A stretch of 64,000 bases of DNA from an uncultured Aureispira sp. (GCA_964526715.1 CAZGMB010000024.1:6324-70323); one strand, 5' to 3'. Counted from the first letter of the stretch, positions 51,466 to 61,006 are shown. The notes: generated from the sequence alone by a model not told the origin. Numbers and translations: made by a program.

Positions 51466-51751
51466 TGGGATAAAATCATACTTTAAGAATAAATAATTCA
51501 ATATTATTTTTAACTATTTTGATTTTTAGCAAATTTAAAACTTAAATTATAAATATAGTATTGATTTATATTTCATTAAACATTATTAATTAATATTATA
51601 TTGAAATAACGTTATTTTATTTCAATATCGTTATTTGTTCCAAAATAAAAAAATAACATTTTATTAGTAATTGCATTGGAAATATTTTTTTCACTCATAC
51701 TTTCGCACCGTCAACCACATTAATTCTTTTTAATTTAAATCATTAAAGCAA

Positions 51752-54532
51752 ATGTATTGTAAAACTAAACTTTTAAATTATTTTATTCTTTTCATCTTAG
51801 CTTTTATAGCAACAGCTAACGTGTCTGCTAAAAGTCCAGCTTTTATCGAGTTGGGTACGATAGACAAAATGTATTCTGGTAAAGTTACTGATCAAAACGG
51901 AGAACCCGTAATTGGTGCAAACATTCTTATCAAGGGCACTGATCAAGGTACAGTAACTGACTTAGACGGTAACTTTTCGATTGAAGCGGAAATGGGAGCT
52001 ACATTAGTAGTATCTTTTGTTGGATTTGTCACCCAAGAAGTAGTGTTAAATGCAAACAACATCACAATCAAACTAGAATCAGATGCTACTCTACTTGAAG
52101 AAGTAGCGATCGTAGGTTCAAGATTTTCAAAGCCACGTACGGACATAGACAGACCTGTTGCTGTAGATGTTATCAACCTAAAAGATTTACAACAAACTAA
52201 CCAAATAGATATAGGGCAGGCTTTAACTTATTCAGCGCCATCATTTAATGCAGTAAAATTTGGTATTAATGATGCGGCACCTTTTGTGGATCCTGCAACA
52301 TTAAGAGGCCTAGGTCCAGACCAAGTATTAGTTTTAGTAAATAACAAAAGAAGACATAAAGTTTCTTTTTTAAGTATCAACGACGGTGTAGGTAAAGGTC
52401 AAGTAGGTACAGATGTAAATGCTGTTCCATCGATAGCTCTCAAAAGAGTTGAAATCCTAAGGGATGGTGCAGCGGCTCAATATGGATCTGACGCTATTGC
52501 GGGGGTAATAAATATGGAAATGAACGATGCAAATTCTGGCGGTTCTGTAAGTGCATATTTCGGACAAGGCTATTCAAAACCAAATCTTGATGTAACTGGA
52601 ATAATTGCTCCTGAATTAATAACTGACGGACTAACTTACAATTTGAATGCCAATATGGGATTTAAGCTATCTTCCAAAGGATTTGCAAATGTAACGGCAA
52701 CTTACAGCCACACAGACGGATATGATAGGTCAGGTCCGTTTAAATCTTCCAATGGTTATTATGTAAAAGATGCCGTTGAAGATGCTAAGCTAATAGCTGC
52801 TAATGGAATAGATTTGGATAGAGCCGTTTTGGGGTCAGCCCAAAATACAACTTTAGGCTTATTTTTGAATAGTGGCTATAAATTAAGTGATAAATGGAAT
52901 GCATATCTATTTGGAGGATATACTAATAAGCATGTAGTAACTGGAGTATTCACAAGACCACCTTCAAATGCTAGAAGATCTGTATTAGAAATATTTCCTA
53001 ACGGTTACAACCCTGTAGCACCTGCTGATCTACAGGATCATTCTATCACCGCTGGCATAAAAGGTAAACTTGGTAGTTGGGACGCTGATTTCAGTATAGG
53101 TAATGGCGGAAACCTTGTAGACTGGTATGCCGAAAATACTGTTAACCCAAGTTTAGGTGCTACTTTTAATGGAGCTCCATCTCCGACAGAATTTTATATA
53201 GGACAAACCAAAGTTGGTCAAACACTTGTCAACGCTGATATCGCTAAAACATTTAATAAGGATAGTTATCCAAACTATAGTGTAGGAATTGGAACAGAAT
53301 TTAGAGCAGAATCATTTTCTCAAAAAGCCGGTGATAGAGCATCATATGAAGCTGGACCATTTAAAGCTACAAAAGATATAGGATCAAGCGGCCGTGAAGG
53401 TTTTAGCGATAAAACTGCTGGATCTTGGAATAGAACCAACGTTGGTGTTTATATTGAAGCAGAGACAGAGTTAAACAAAAGCCTATTATTCGGAATAGCT
53501 GTCAGAGGTGAAAACTATTCAGATTTTGGTGCTAACATGTCATACAAAGCTAATACTAGAGTAAAGTTAATAGAAAACCTTTCTGTAAGAGGATCATATA
53601 GTCGTGGCTTTAGAGCACCTTCTATGACTCAAATACACTATTCAAATTATGTAAACATTTCATTTGATAATGCAGGAAATTCAATAACGAATCCTGTTAT
53701 CCCAAGCACATCTGATTTAGCCAAGATTCTTGGAATTGAAGGTTTGGAAGCAGAAACTTCAAATGATGTTTCATTCGGATTAATGAGTAAAATAGGTAAA
53801 AATTTAATCTTTACTGCTGACGTTTTCCAAATAGATGTAGACAATAGAATTATGCTTTCAGGCCCAATAGATGTATCAAAAATACCTGAATTTGTGTCAG
53901 CTGGATTTCCACAAACTTCCAATACTTTCGTAAACGCGATTGATACTCGAACTAAAGGTTTAGAAGCTGTTTTAGCATACAATTTACCTATCAATGATGA
54001 CAATAAGGTAGACCTTAATTTGGGATATTCATACATGGCTACCACATTATTAGCTAATCGTAAAACAAGCAAAGGTATTGAAGTGGTAGATCCTGCTTCA
54101 GCAGCTTATATCACAGATGGTTTGCCTAAAGATAAATTTATCCTTTCTTTAAATTATACCTTCAAAAAATTAGGTTTCTTATTTAGAACAACAAGATTTG
54201 GAGAAGTAACTGACCCTTTAGCTTTTCATAATATAGATATCAATGGTGATGGTAAATTTGCTAATTACAAAGATGCAAATGGCAACACCATCAAAGAGGT
54301 AGATGGTAAAGTACAAGATCCATTTAGTGCCAAATTTGTAACAGATTTATCTTTGTCTTATAACTTGGTTAAAAACTTATCATTAACAGTAGGCGTAAAC
54401 AATATCATGGACGTATATCCTGATTTATTACTTAAACCACAAACTACAAATGAAGTAATTTACTCTAGACGTACAAATCAGTTTGGTACACAAGGAAGAT
54501 TCTTACACACAACAGTTAATTACAGATTTTAA
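51752..54532 (+). CDS. TonB-dependent receptor (CarboxypepD_reg, plug and barrel domains), with no SusD-like partner
   Basis: Signal peptide, then GKVTDQNGEPVIGANILIKGTDQGTVTDLDGNFSIEA, a plug with the VEILRDGAAAQYGSDAIAGVIN motif, and a barrel ending in NYRF. Confidence 0.9.
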   Translation: MYCKTKLLNYFILFILAFIATANVSAKSPAFIELGTIDKMYSGKVTDQNGEPVIGANILIKGTDQGTVTDLDGNFSIEAEMGATLVVSFVGFVTQEVVLNANNITIKLESDATLLEEVAIVGSRFSKPRTDIDRPVAVDVINLKDLQQTNQIDIGQALTYSAPSFNAVKFGINDAAPFVDPATLRGLGPDQVLVLVNNKRRHKVSFLSINDGVGKGQVGTDVNAVPSIALKRVEILRDGAAAQYGSDAIAGVINMEMNDANSGGSVSAYFGQGYSKPNLDVTGIIAPELITDGLTYNLNANMGFKLSSKGFANVTATYSHTDGYDRSGPFKSSNGYYVKDAVEDAKLIAANGIDLDRAVLGSAQNTTLGLFLNSGYKLSDKWNAYLFGGYTNKHVVTGVFTRPPSNARRSVLEIFPNGYNPVAPADLQDHSITAGIKGKLGSWDADFSIGNGGNLVDWYAENTVNPSLGATFNGAPSPTEFYIGQTKVGQTLVNADIAKTFNKDSYPNYSVGIGTEFRAESFSQKAGDRASYEAGPFKATKDIGSSGREGFSDKTAGSWNRTNVGVYIEAETELNKSLLFGIAVRGENYSDFGANMSYKANTRVKLIENLSVRGSYSRGFRAPSMTQIHYSNYVNISFDNAGNSITNPVIPSTSDLAKILGIEGLEAETSNDVSFGLMSKIGKNLIFTADVFQIDVDNRIMLSGPIDVSKIPEFVSAGFPQTSNTFVNAIDTRTKGLEAVLAYNLPINDDNKVDLNLGYSYMATTLLANRKTSKGIEVVDPASAAYITDGLPKDKFILSLNYTFKKLGFLFRTTRFGEVTDPLAFHNIDINGDGKFANYKDANGNTIKEVDGKVQDPFSAKFVTDLSLSYNLVKNLSLTVGVNNIMDVYPDLLLKPQTTNEVIYSRRTNQFGTQGRFLHTTVNYRF

Positions 54533-54536
54533 TAAC

Positions 54537-54572
54537 AATAGCCCAATCATTCTATAAAGTGATTGGGCTATT
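54537..54572 (+). terminator. Perfect 13-bp stem hairpin between the receptor and dehydrogenase genes (terminator, attenuator or RNA-stability element; weak U-tract)
   Basis: AATAGCCCAATCA (54537-54549) pairs with TGATTGGGCTATT (54560-54572) across a 10-nt loop. The downstream sequence is CTAAAATT, not a clean T-run. Confidence 0.45.
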
Positions 54573-54587
54573 CTAAAATTATAAAAT

Positions 54588-56108
54588 ATGGATGGAATTG
54601 TTAATGACTTTTCAAGTAGGCACATACTAATCATTGGTAGTGGCAATGCAGCGCTTTGCGCTGCCATTGCTGCTCTCGAGAAAGGATGTGATGTTCTAGT
54701 ATTAGAAAAAGGCGATATCAAAGAATGGGGAGGAAATAGTAGATACACAGCCGGAGCAATGAGATTTGCCTATGATTCCAATGCAGATTTACTTCCGTTA
54801 TTAAGAAATCCAGAAGATAAAAAGCTTGCTATTACTGATTTTGGATCTTATACCAAAGAACGATTTTTAGGTGATTTAGAGCATTTTAATGAGGGTGTTC
54901 CTATCACTGAGTTACAACAATATCTTGTTGACCACAGCTTAGAAACAATGCAATGGCTTGGGTCACACAATGTAAAATTCGATCCAATATACTCCAGGCA
55001 ATCTTTTATAAAAGATGGTAAATATATCTTTTGGGGTGGATTAACGCTAGAAGCTGAAGGCGAAGGTAATGGATTGGTTCATTCCGAATTAGAAGAGTTT
55101 TCTAGATTAGGTGGACGAATCTTATATAATTGTGATGTACAGAAAATAAACATCAAAGATGGTGCGATCACAGGTGTTGATTGCATCATAGATGGCGAAG
55201 CAAAGTCCATTCATGGCTCAGCAGTGGTTTTGGCTTGTGGTGGATTTGAATCTAACGAAGCTATGCGTGCTAAATATTTAGGTCCAGAATGGGCTCAAGC
55301 AAAAGTCAGAGGGACAAGGCATAATATGGGACATGGATTAACCATGGCTTTAGACTTGGGCGCTGACACCAACGGTTTTTTTGGAGGATGTCATGCGGTA
55401 CCTATGGATAAAAACATGCCTGATTATGGTAATCTAAACATTCCACATATTGAACGTAAGCATTACAGAAAAATTAGTTACTTATTTGGATTGATGATTA
55501 ATACTGATGGTAATCGATTTGTTGATGAAGGTGCTGATTTTAGGAATTATACATACGCACAATTTGGAAGAGCTGTATTAGAGCAACCCAATGCCACAGC
55601 TTGGCAGATATTTGATCAAAAAGTACTTCATTTACTATATAGTGAATATAATACTCATGACGCTAGTTTTATCGAAGCTGATACATTGGAAGGTCTTGTC
55701 GAAAAAATGGGAGATATGAATAAGAAACAAGCACTAAATACCATCCAAGCGTATAATGCTTCTGTAAAAGTTGATATCACATTCGATCCTACTATAAAAG
55801 ATGGAAGAGGCACTGTTGGACTTTCACTGCCAAAATCAAACTGGGCAAACACGCTTGATACACCTCCATACAAAGCATATCCTGTCACGGGTGGAATTAC
55901 TTTTACATATGGAGGATTGAAAATTGATACTAATAGCAAAGTAATTGACACCAAAGGTGATATCATTGAAGGTCTTTTTGCTTGTGGAGAAATTGTAGGT
56001 GGTGTGTTTTTCTATGGTTATCCAGGTGGGTCTGGTTTGACATCAGGAGCAGTATTTGGAAGAAATGCTGGTTATAGTGCTGCCGAATTTATCAATTCAA
56101 AGCCATAA
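54588..56108 (+). CDS. FAD-dependent dehydrogenase, TcuA (tricarballylate dehydrogenase)-like flavoprotein
   Basis: The N-terminal ILIIGSGNAALCAAIAALEKG...GGNSRYT matches the TcuA-type GGGNAALCAA...GGNS signature. The C-terminal FACGEIVGG is a flavoprotein motif. Confidence 0.75.
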   Translation: MDGIVNDFSSRHILIIGSGNAALCAAIAALEKGCDVLVLEKGDIKEWGGNSRYTAGAMRFAYDSNADLLPLLRNPEDKKLAITDFGSYTKERFLGDLEHFNEGVPITELQQYLVDHSLETMQWLGSHNVKFDPIYSRQSFIKDGKYIFWGGLTLEAEGEGNGLVHSELEEFSRLGGRILYNCDVQKINIKDGAITGVDCIIDGEAKSIHGSAVVLACGGFESNEAMRAKYLGPEWAQAKVRGTRHNMGHGLTMALDLGADTNGFFGGCHAVPMDKNMPDYGNLNIPHIERKHYRKISYLFGLMINTDGNRFVDEGADFRNYTYAQFGRAVLEQPNATAWQIFDQKVLHLLYSEYNTHDASFIEADTLEGLVEKMGDMNKKQALNTIQAYNASVKVDITFDPTIKDGRGTVGLSLPKSNWANTLDTPPYKAYPVTGGITFTYGGLKIDTNSKVIDTKGDIIEGLFACGEIVGGVFFYGYPGGSGLTSGAVFGRNAGYSAAEFINSKP

Positions 56109-56229
56109 AAACCACTTAGATGATAACACATTTTTGCTTTAAAGAAAGAAAAATAAAATTATCTCTAGTAATAATTTGGCAGTAATGGTTAAGTAAAATC
56201 TCCAATTAAAATTCAAACAAAAAATACAG

Positions 56230-57408
56230 ATGCAAATAAATACCAAATTTAATGGATTAATATTTTTTCTTTTATCTATATTGATATTCATTTCATCTTG
56301 TAAAACGAGTTCTAAAAGTACGGCATTATCACTCTTAGATGAAAAAAAAGTGCCATGTGTTTACATGCGAGGTGGCACATCTAAAGGTCCATTTTTTGAT
56401 ATGAGAGATTTGCCTTCAGATATAAAAAAGAGAAATCAAATTTTGCTTGATGTGATGGGTTCTCCTGATCCACGCCAAATAGATGGACTTGGCGCTGTAG
56501 AGACAGTAACCAGCAAAGTAGTCATGGCTCAACCTTCTAAAAGAAAAGGTATAGATGTAGACTATTTATTTGCCCAAATTGATATCGATAAACCTGTTGT
56601 TGATACCACTCCTCCGTGCGGCAACATGATGGCTGGTGTAGGGCCTTTTGCCATAGAAAAAGGTTGGGTAAAAGCTCAGATTCCAGAAACGAGAGTGATG
56701 GTGTATAATATAAATACAAACTCCGTCATAGAGGAAGTAGTCCAAACTCCCCACGGACGGGTCATTTATGATGGCAATATGAAGATAGACGGTGTACCGG
56801 GTACTGCGGCTCCTGTAATGATGAACCTTTTAGATCAAGTGGGTGTAAAAACGGGCAAGTTGCTCCCTACAGGTAATGTAGTTGAGATCATAAATGATAT
56901 TGAAGTGAGTATTGTAGATGCCGGATCCTTGATGGTTCTGATAAAAGCAAGTGATCTCAATTTAATAGGAAATGAACAAGGTGATTACTTTAACCAAAAT
57001 CCTGATTTAATGAGCAAAATTGAGCAAATCAGATTGAAGGCAGGTATTTTATGTGGTTTAGGAGATGTGAGCAATAGTGTTATTCCTAAAGTAGCCATTT
57101 TATCCAAACCAACGCTTGATCATACTAACATCACTTCGAGATACTTGACGCCACATACGCTCCACCCATCTCATGCAGTCACGGGAGCTATTTGCATTAG
57201 TACAGCTTTAAAAATACAAGGATCTGTAGCATCCAAAGTAGGAATATCTAATGGAAAAGCACAAGAGTTAATATTTATAGAACATCCCTCTGGAATCATT
57301 GAAATAAATATTGAAACAGAAGGAGAAGGCAAAAACTTAAAAGTCAATAGAGCAGGTAGTGTAAGGACGGTAAGAAAAATAATGGAAGGATATGTATATT
57401 ATAAGTAA
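56230..57408 (+). CDS. PrpF-family isomerase/tautomerase (methylaconitate isomerase / 4-oxalomesaconate tautomerase family). The start codon is ambiguous.
   Basis: The PCVYMRGGTSKGPFF signature sits near the N-terminus. The ATG at 56230 would add a lipoprotein-type signal (LIFISSC). The in-frame GTG at 56350 gives the canonical cytoplasmic N-terminus. Confidence 0.75.
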   Translation: MQINTKFNGLIFFLLSILIFISSCKTSSKSTALSLLDEKKVPCVYMRGGTSKGPFFDMRDLPSDIKKRNQILLDVMGSPDPRQIDGLGAVETVTSKVVMAQPSKRKGIDVDYLFAQIDIDKPVVDTTPPCGNMMAGVGPFAIEKGWVKAQIPETRVMVYNINTNSVIEEVVQTPHGRVIYDGNMKIDGVPGTAAPVMMNLLDQVGVKTGKLLPTGNVVEIINDIEVSIVDAGSLMVLIKASDLNLIGNEQGDYFNQNPDLMSKIEQIRLKAGILCGLGDVSNSVIPKVAILSKPTLDHTNITSRYLTPHTLHPSHAVTGAICISTALKIQGSVASKVGISNGKAQELIFIEHPSGIIEINIETEGEGKNLKVNRAGSVRTVRKIMEGYVYYK

Positions 57409-57436
57409 GTATTATTCCAGAATTAAACAATTCTAA

Positions 57437-58288
57437 ATGAATATCACCAAAGGCGTAAGGTACTTACTGTTGAGTACCATTTTCTTTACTACCATGCAAG
57501 CTCTAGTCAAAGGAATGGATCAGTATGATAGTTTTCAGCATGTATTTTTTAGATCAGCCATTGGTTTTTTACTCTGTGTTGTAGCACTGAAAAAAGAAAG
57601 TATCTCATTAGTCGGTAAAAACCAAAAAATGTTGATCATGAGAGCGTTGGTAGGATGTGTATCTATGTTTTCCTTCTTTTACATTTTGACCAAAATACCT
57701 TTTGGGACAGCTTCGGCATTTAAATATATGTCACCCATTTTTGCTACAATATTTGCAGCTATAATCTTGAACGAAAAGATAAAAGGAAAGCAATGGCTAT
57801 ATTTCTTCATGTGTTTTAGTGGAATATTATTATTAAAAGGATTTGACGTTAGAATTGGTTTATTTGATATGATGATTGGACTTGTAGCTGCTATATCAGG
57901 AGGTTTGTTGATCATTGTCATTAAAAAAATTGGAGAAGATGATCACCCGTTAGTTATTTTGCAGTATTTCATGTTGATTGCCGCTTTGATTAGTTTAATT
58001 GTGATTCTGCCTTACTGGGAATGGCCAAATGTAGCAGACCTTATTAAGATTTTTACCATTGGTATTGTAGGTTTTGTGGCGCAGTACTATTTTACTAAGT
58101 CGATTCAGCAGCCCGATGAAGTTAATTACATATCCATCTTGCGATATTTAGAAGTATTTTTCGCTTTGCTGATTGGGTACATTTGGTTTGATGAAACCTA
58201 TACTTGGCAAAGCTTTTTTGCCATCGTTTTAATAATGGCAGGGATATTATTGTCCTTTTTTGAAAAACAAAATTTGAAAACAGTATAA
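57437..58288 (+). CDS. EamA/DMT-family transporter (10 TM)
   Basis: Two EamA-like halves of five hydrophobic helices each. 283 aa. Confidence 0.8.
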   Translation: MNITKGVRYLLLSTIFFTTMQALVKGMDQYDSFQHVFFRSAIGFLLCVVALKKESISLVGKNQKMLIMRALVGCVSMFSFFYILTKIPFGTASAFKYMSPIFATIFAAIILNEKIKGKQWLYFFMCFSGILLLKGFDVRIGLFDMMIGLVAAISGGLLIIVIKKIGEDDHPLVILQYFMLIAALISLIVILPYWEWPNVADLIKIFTIGIVGFVAQYYFTKSIQQPDEVNYISILRYLEVFFALLIGYIWFDETYTWQSFFAIVLIMAGILLSFFEKQNLKTV

Positions 58289-58298
58289 AATTTTAAAA

Positions 58299-59555
58299 AT
58301 GAATAAAAGATATTTGGTCCTAATGGTATTAGGAATTTTTTCGGTGATCACATACTTGGACCGAACAGCAATGGGACTCACTGGCGATGCTGTAACTAAA
58401 GATTTAAATCTTACCGACGAACAATTTGGATGGATATTGTTTGCCTTCACGGTCGCATATGGAGCTTTTGACATTCCCACAGGTTGGTTGGGTGATAAAT
58501 TTGGACCGAGAGCCACATTATTTCGCATTGTCATCATATGGTCTATTTTTACTGTATTGACTGGATTTGCAACAGGATTTATCATGTTATTTGTGGTAAG
58601 GTTTTTATTTGGTGCTGGTGAGGCTGGTGCTTATCCAAACGCAACCGTGGCCATATCAAGGTGGTTTCCTATGGAAGAAAGAGGTAGAGCACAGTCTGTA
58701 GTATGGATGTGTAGTAGATTGGGAGGCGCTTTGGCTCCATTCTTAATTTTGCCAATTATGGGATGGGCTGACTGGAGGACAGTATTTTATTTATTTGGAA
58801 TATTAGGATTTTTATGGGCCGTTGGTTGGTATTTTTGGTTTAAAGACGAGCCAAGAGATATGCCAGGAATTACACAACAAGAAGTAGAATATATTGAAAA
58901 CAATAGAAGCATAAAATCCGCTGCTCATGGGTTTCTTTCATGGTCAACTATTGTGAAGAATCGAAATCTTTGGGCCTTATGTGGTATGTATTTCTTCTTA
59001 CTATTCGCTGCTTATTTCTATATGTCTTGGATGCCTAAATACCTGGCCAATGGAAGGGGAATAGCAAAAGAAGATCTAACTTTTATGACTTCCTTGCCTT
59101 TCATTCTTGGTATGGCTGGTTGTCTGATAGGAGGGTTTAGTAGTGACTTTTTAGTAAAAAAATGGGGACTTAAATGGGGAAGAAGATCAGTAGGAATGAT
59201 TGGTCTACTATTATCTGGCGTTTGTATCTTAGTAGCAAGTAACCTCAGCATTGAAAATAATAGCACAGCAATGATATTTCTAGCCTTAGGACTTGCCTTT
59301 AAAGACTTTACATTGCCTGTAGCATGGTCTGTTGCTGCCGATATTGGAGGAAAAAGAGCTGGAGTCATCGCTGGTACAATGGGCATGTGCGGTCATATCG
59401 GTTCATCAATCATGTCAGTCGGATATGGATACTTAAAGACTGCAACTGGAAGTTGGGAAATTCCAACGCAAGCGATAGGTTGTTTTGTGATCCTTGGCGG
59501 AATTCTCTGGATGTGGGTAGATGCATCCAAACCTATTCAAGTGGTAGAATCGTAG
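58299..59555 (+). CDS. MFS transporter, anion:cation symporter (ACS)-like
   Basis: YLDRTAMG, FDIPTGWLGDKFGPR and RFLFGAGEAGAYP motifs, typical of ACS-type organic-acid MFS carriers. Confidence 0.82.
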   Translation: MNKRYLVLMVLGIFSVITYLDRTAMGLTGDAVTKDLNLTDEQFGWILFAFTVAYGAFDIPTGWLGDKFGPRATLFRIVIIWSIFTVLTGFATGFIMLFVVRFLFGAGEAGAYPNATVAISRWFPMEERGRAQSVVWMCSRLGGALAPFLILPIMGWADWRTVFYLFGILGFLWAVGWYFWFKDEPRDMPGITQQEVEYIENNRSIKSAAHGFLSWSTIVKNRNLWALCGMYFFLLFAAYFYMSWMPKYLANGRGIAKEDLTFMTSLPFILGMAGCLIGGFSSDFLVKKWGLKWGRRSVGMIGLLLSGVCILVASNLSIENNSTAMIFLALGLAFKDFTLPVAWSVAADIGGKRAGVIAGTMGMCGHIGSSIMSVGYGYLKTATGSWEIPTQAIGCFVILGGILWMWVDASKPIQVVES

Positions 59556-59578
59556 AAATGAAAACGGAAATCAAGTTA

Positions 59579-61006
59579 CTAATTTTTTAAATAATCTTCG
59601 TAAAGCCATTTAATTTGAGGATGCTTTAAAACAAAATCATTTAATACCATTTTGTTTTGTTTTTTTAAATAATTGTACAACTCAGGAGCATCTTGTTGGA
59701 TGTCAATTATTTTTATATTACATTTACAATCAGGTATGTATGTGTTTTCTATAATATTTTCAGCAATTTGTCGAGAAGGGTTATCATCTTTAAAAATTTT
59801 TTGTTCACCAATTTTTTCAAGCGTATTAATTAAAATTTCCTTCAACTCTCTTGGCAAATCATTAAATGCGTTTTTATTAACATAAAATGAAAACATTGAA
59901 TTAGGTTCATTCCAATTACTTTTATCATAAAATCTAAATCCTTTGTGATGTATACCTATGGAAACATCTTCTTCGGGATTTTGCCATTCAATTACATCAA
60001 AATTTATGATATCTACCATTTTGGCAAATTGATATCGCAGCATTGGTTTTAATTTTGCACCTATACTTGGCTGACTCAAAAGATATCCAGCAAAATTTGC
60101 GAATCTTACGTTTTTCCCTTTAAAGAATAAAGAATCTTTTGGCATTTCCTTATACCACCCACCATATTGTGGTCCAGAATGTCCACCTTGGTATGTTAAA
60201 ATGTTTTGAGACTCATACAATTTCAAGTATGTCTCTTTAATTTTTGATTGGCGCATCCAGGATACCATTTGTGAGTAGGATTTTCCAAATGGTATTGTAG
60301 AAAACATTACGGCTTCTGGGTTCTCCTTAAAATTAATATGAGGTCCAGAATGTAGTATTTGTATGACGTTATCCGTTAATGCTTCTTGTACTTCTTCTTT
60401 AGATCTATGGTGGCCATTAGATGTTGGAAGTTGATAATCTGGTAAGATTCGTATAATAAACTTCCCCCCAGAATGATCATAGATTTGCTTAGCAAATTTT
60501 TCTAAATAATTTTGATATGTGTAAGAATCCGCACTCCAAGCAGCCGTCATATTCCATATGATGGGTTGATTTTTGAGATTTATCCAATCTCTTAAAAATA
60601 ACCCTAAACCCAAAACAGAAAATACACAAAATGCTGCAGACATATAATGAAACCTTTTCTTCCATATTTCCTTTTGTTTTTTAACGTCTAATTTCGTTTC
60701 AACATCAAAACCAATATTTTCAATATAACTTTCTCGGTCGTATTTATTTTCTGATATATATCTGTAGCACGTATCTAAAAATTCGCGATTTTGACCTTCG
60801 TCATGCATTAACTTATGGAGCAGTCCTGCAGAATGCTTTTGATCTTGTGGTGCAATGTCAAGATTTTCAGAAATGTGTTGGCTGAGCTCTTCGTAAGAAT
60901 ATTTATCACCAGGTCTTTCAATTGACTTATTATAAACCTGAGAAATCATTTTCCTTAAAAACAATACTTCTTGTCTTGAAACCTGTATTATTTTCTTTTC
61001 AGCCAC
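59579..61006 (-). CDS. Membrane-anchored protein: ~125-aa cytoplasmic N-terminal domain, one TM segment, then a periplasmic TRAP DctP-like solute-binding domain
   Basis: TM segment YMSAAFCVFSVLGLGLFL. The binding domain shows WNMTAAWSADS...HSGGKFIIRILP...FSTIPFG...GGWYKEMPKDSLFFKGKNVRF...FDVIEWQNPEEDVSIG...FYVNKNAFNDLPRELKEIL, resembling the DctP-family pattern. No DctQ or DctM genes are in the window. Confidence 0.6.
   Translation of the reverse strand: MAEKKIIQVSRQEVLFLRKMISQVYNKSIERPGDKYSYEELSQHISENLDIAPQDQKHSAGLLHKLMHDEGQNREFLDTCYRYISENKYDRESYIENIGFDVETKLDVKKQKEIWKKRFHYMSAAFCVFSVLGLGLFLRDWINLKNQPIIWNMTAAWSADSYTYQNYLEKFAKQIYDHSGGKFIIRILPDYQLPTSNGHHRSKEEVQEALTDNVIQILHSGPHINFKENPEAVMFSTIPFGKSYSQMVSWMRQSKIKETYLKLYESQNILTYQGGHSGPQYGGWYKEMPKDSLFFKGKNVRFANFAGYLLSQPSIGAKLKPMLRYQFAKMVDIINFDVIEWQNPEEDVSIGIHHKGFRFYDKSNWNEPNSMFSFYVNKNAFNDLPRELKEILINTLEKIGEQKIFKDDNPSRQIAENIIENTYIPDCKCNIKIIDIQQDAPELYNYLKKQNKMVLNDFVLKHPQIKWLYEDYLKN

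Noticed and set aside
53647-54072. 141-aa minus-strand ORF, plus other antisense ORFs inside annotated genes (11310-11525, 12763-13145, 42526-43646, 50165-50681, 55655-55966, 58247-58585, 59018-59386)
   Set aside because: Each fully overlaps a gene with strong family motifs on the opposite strand or in another frame, and none has motifs of its own.
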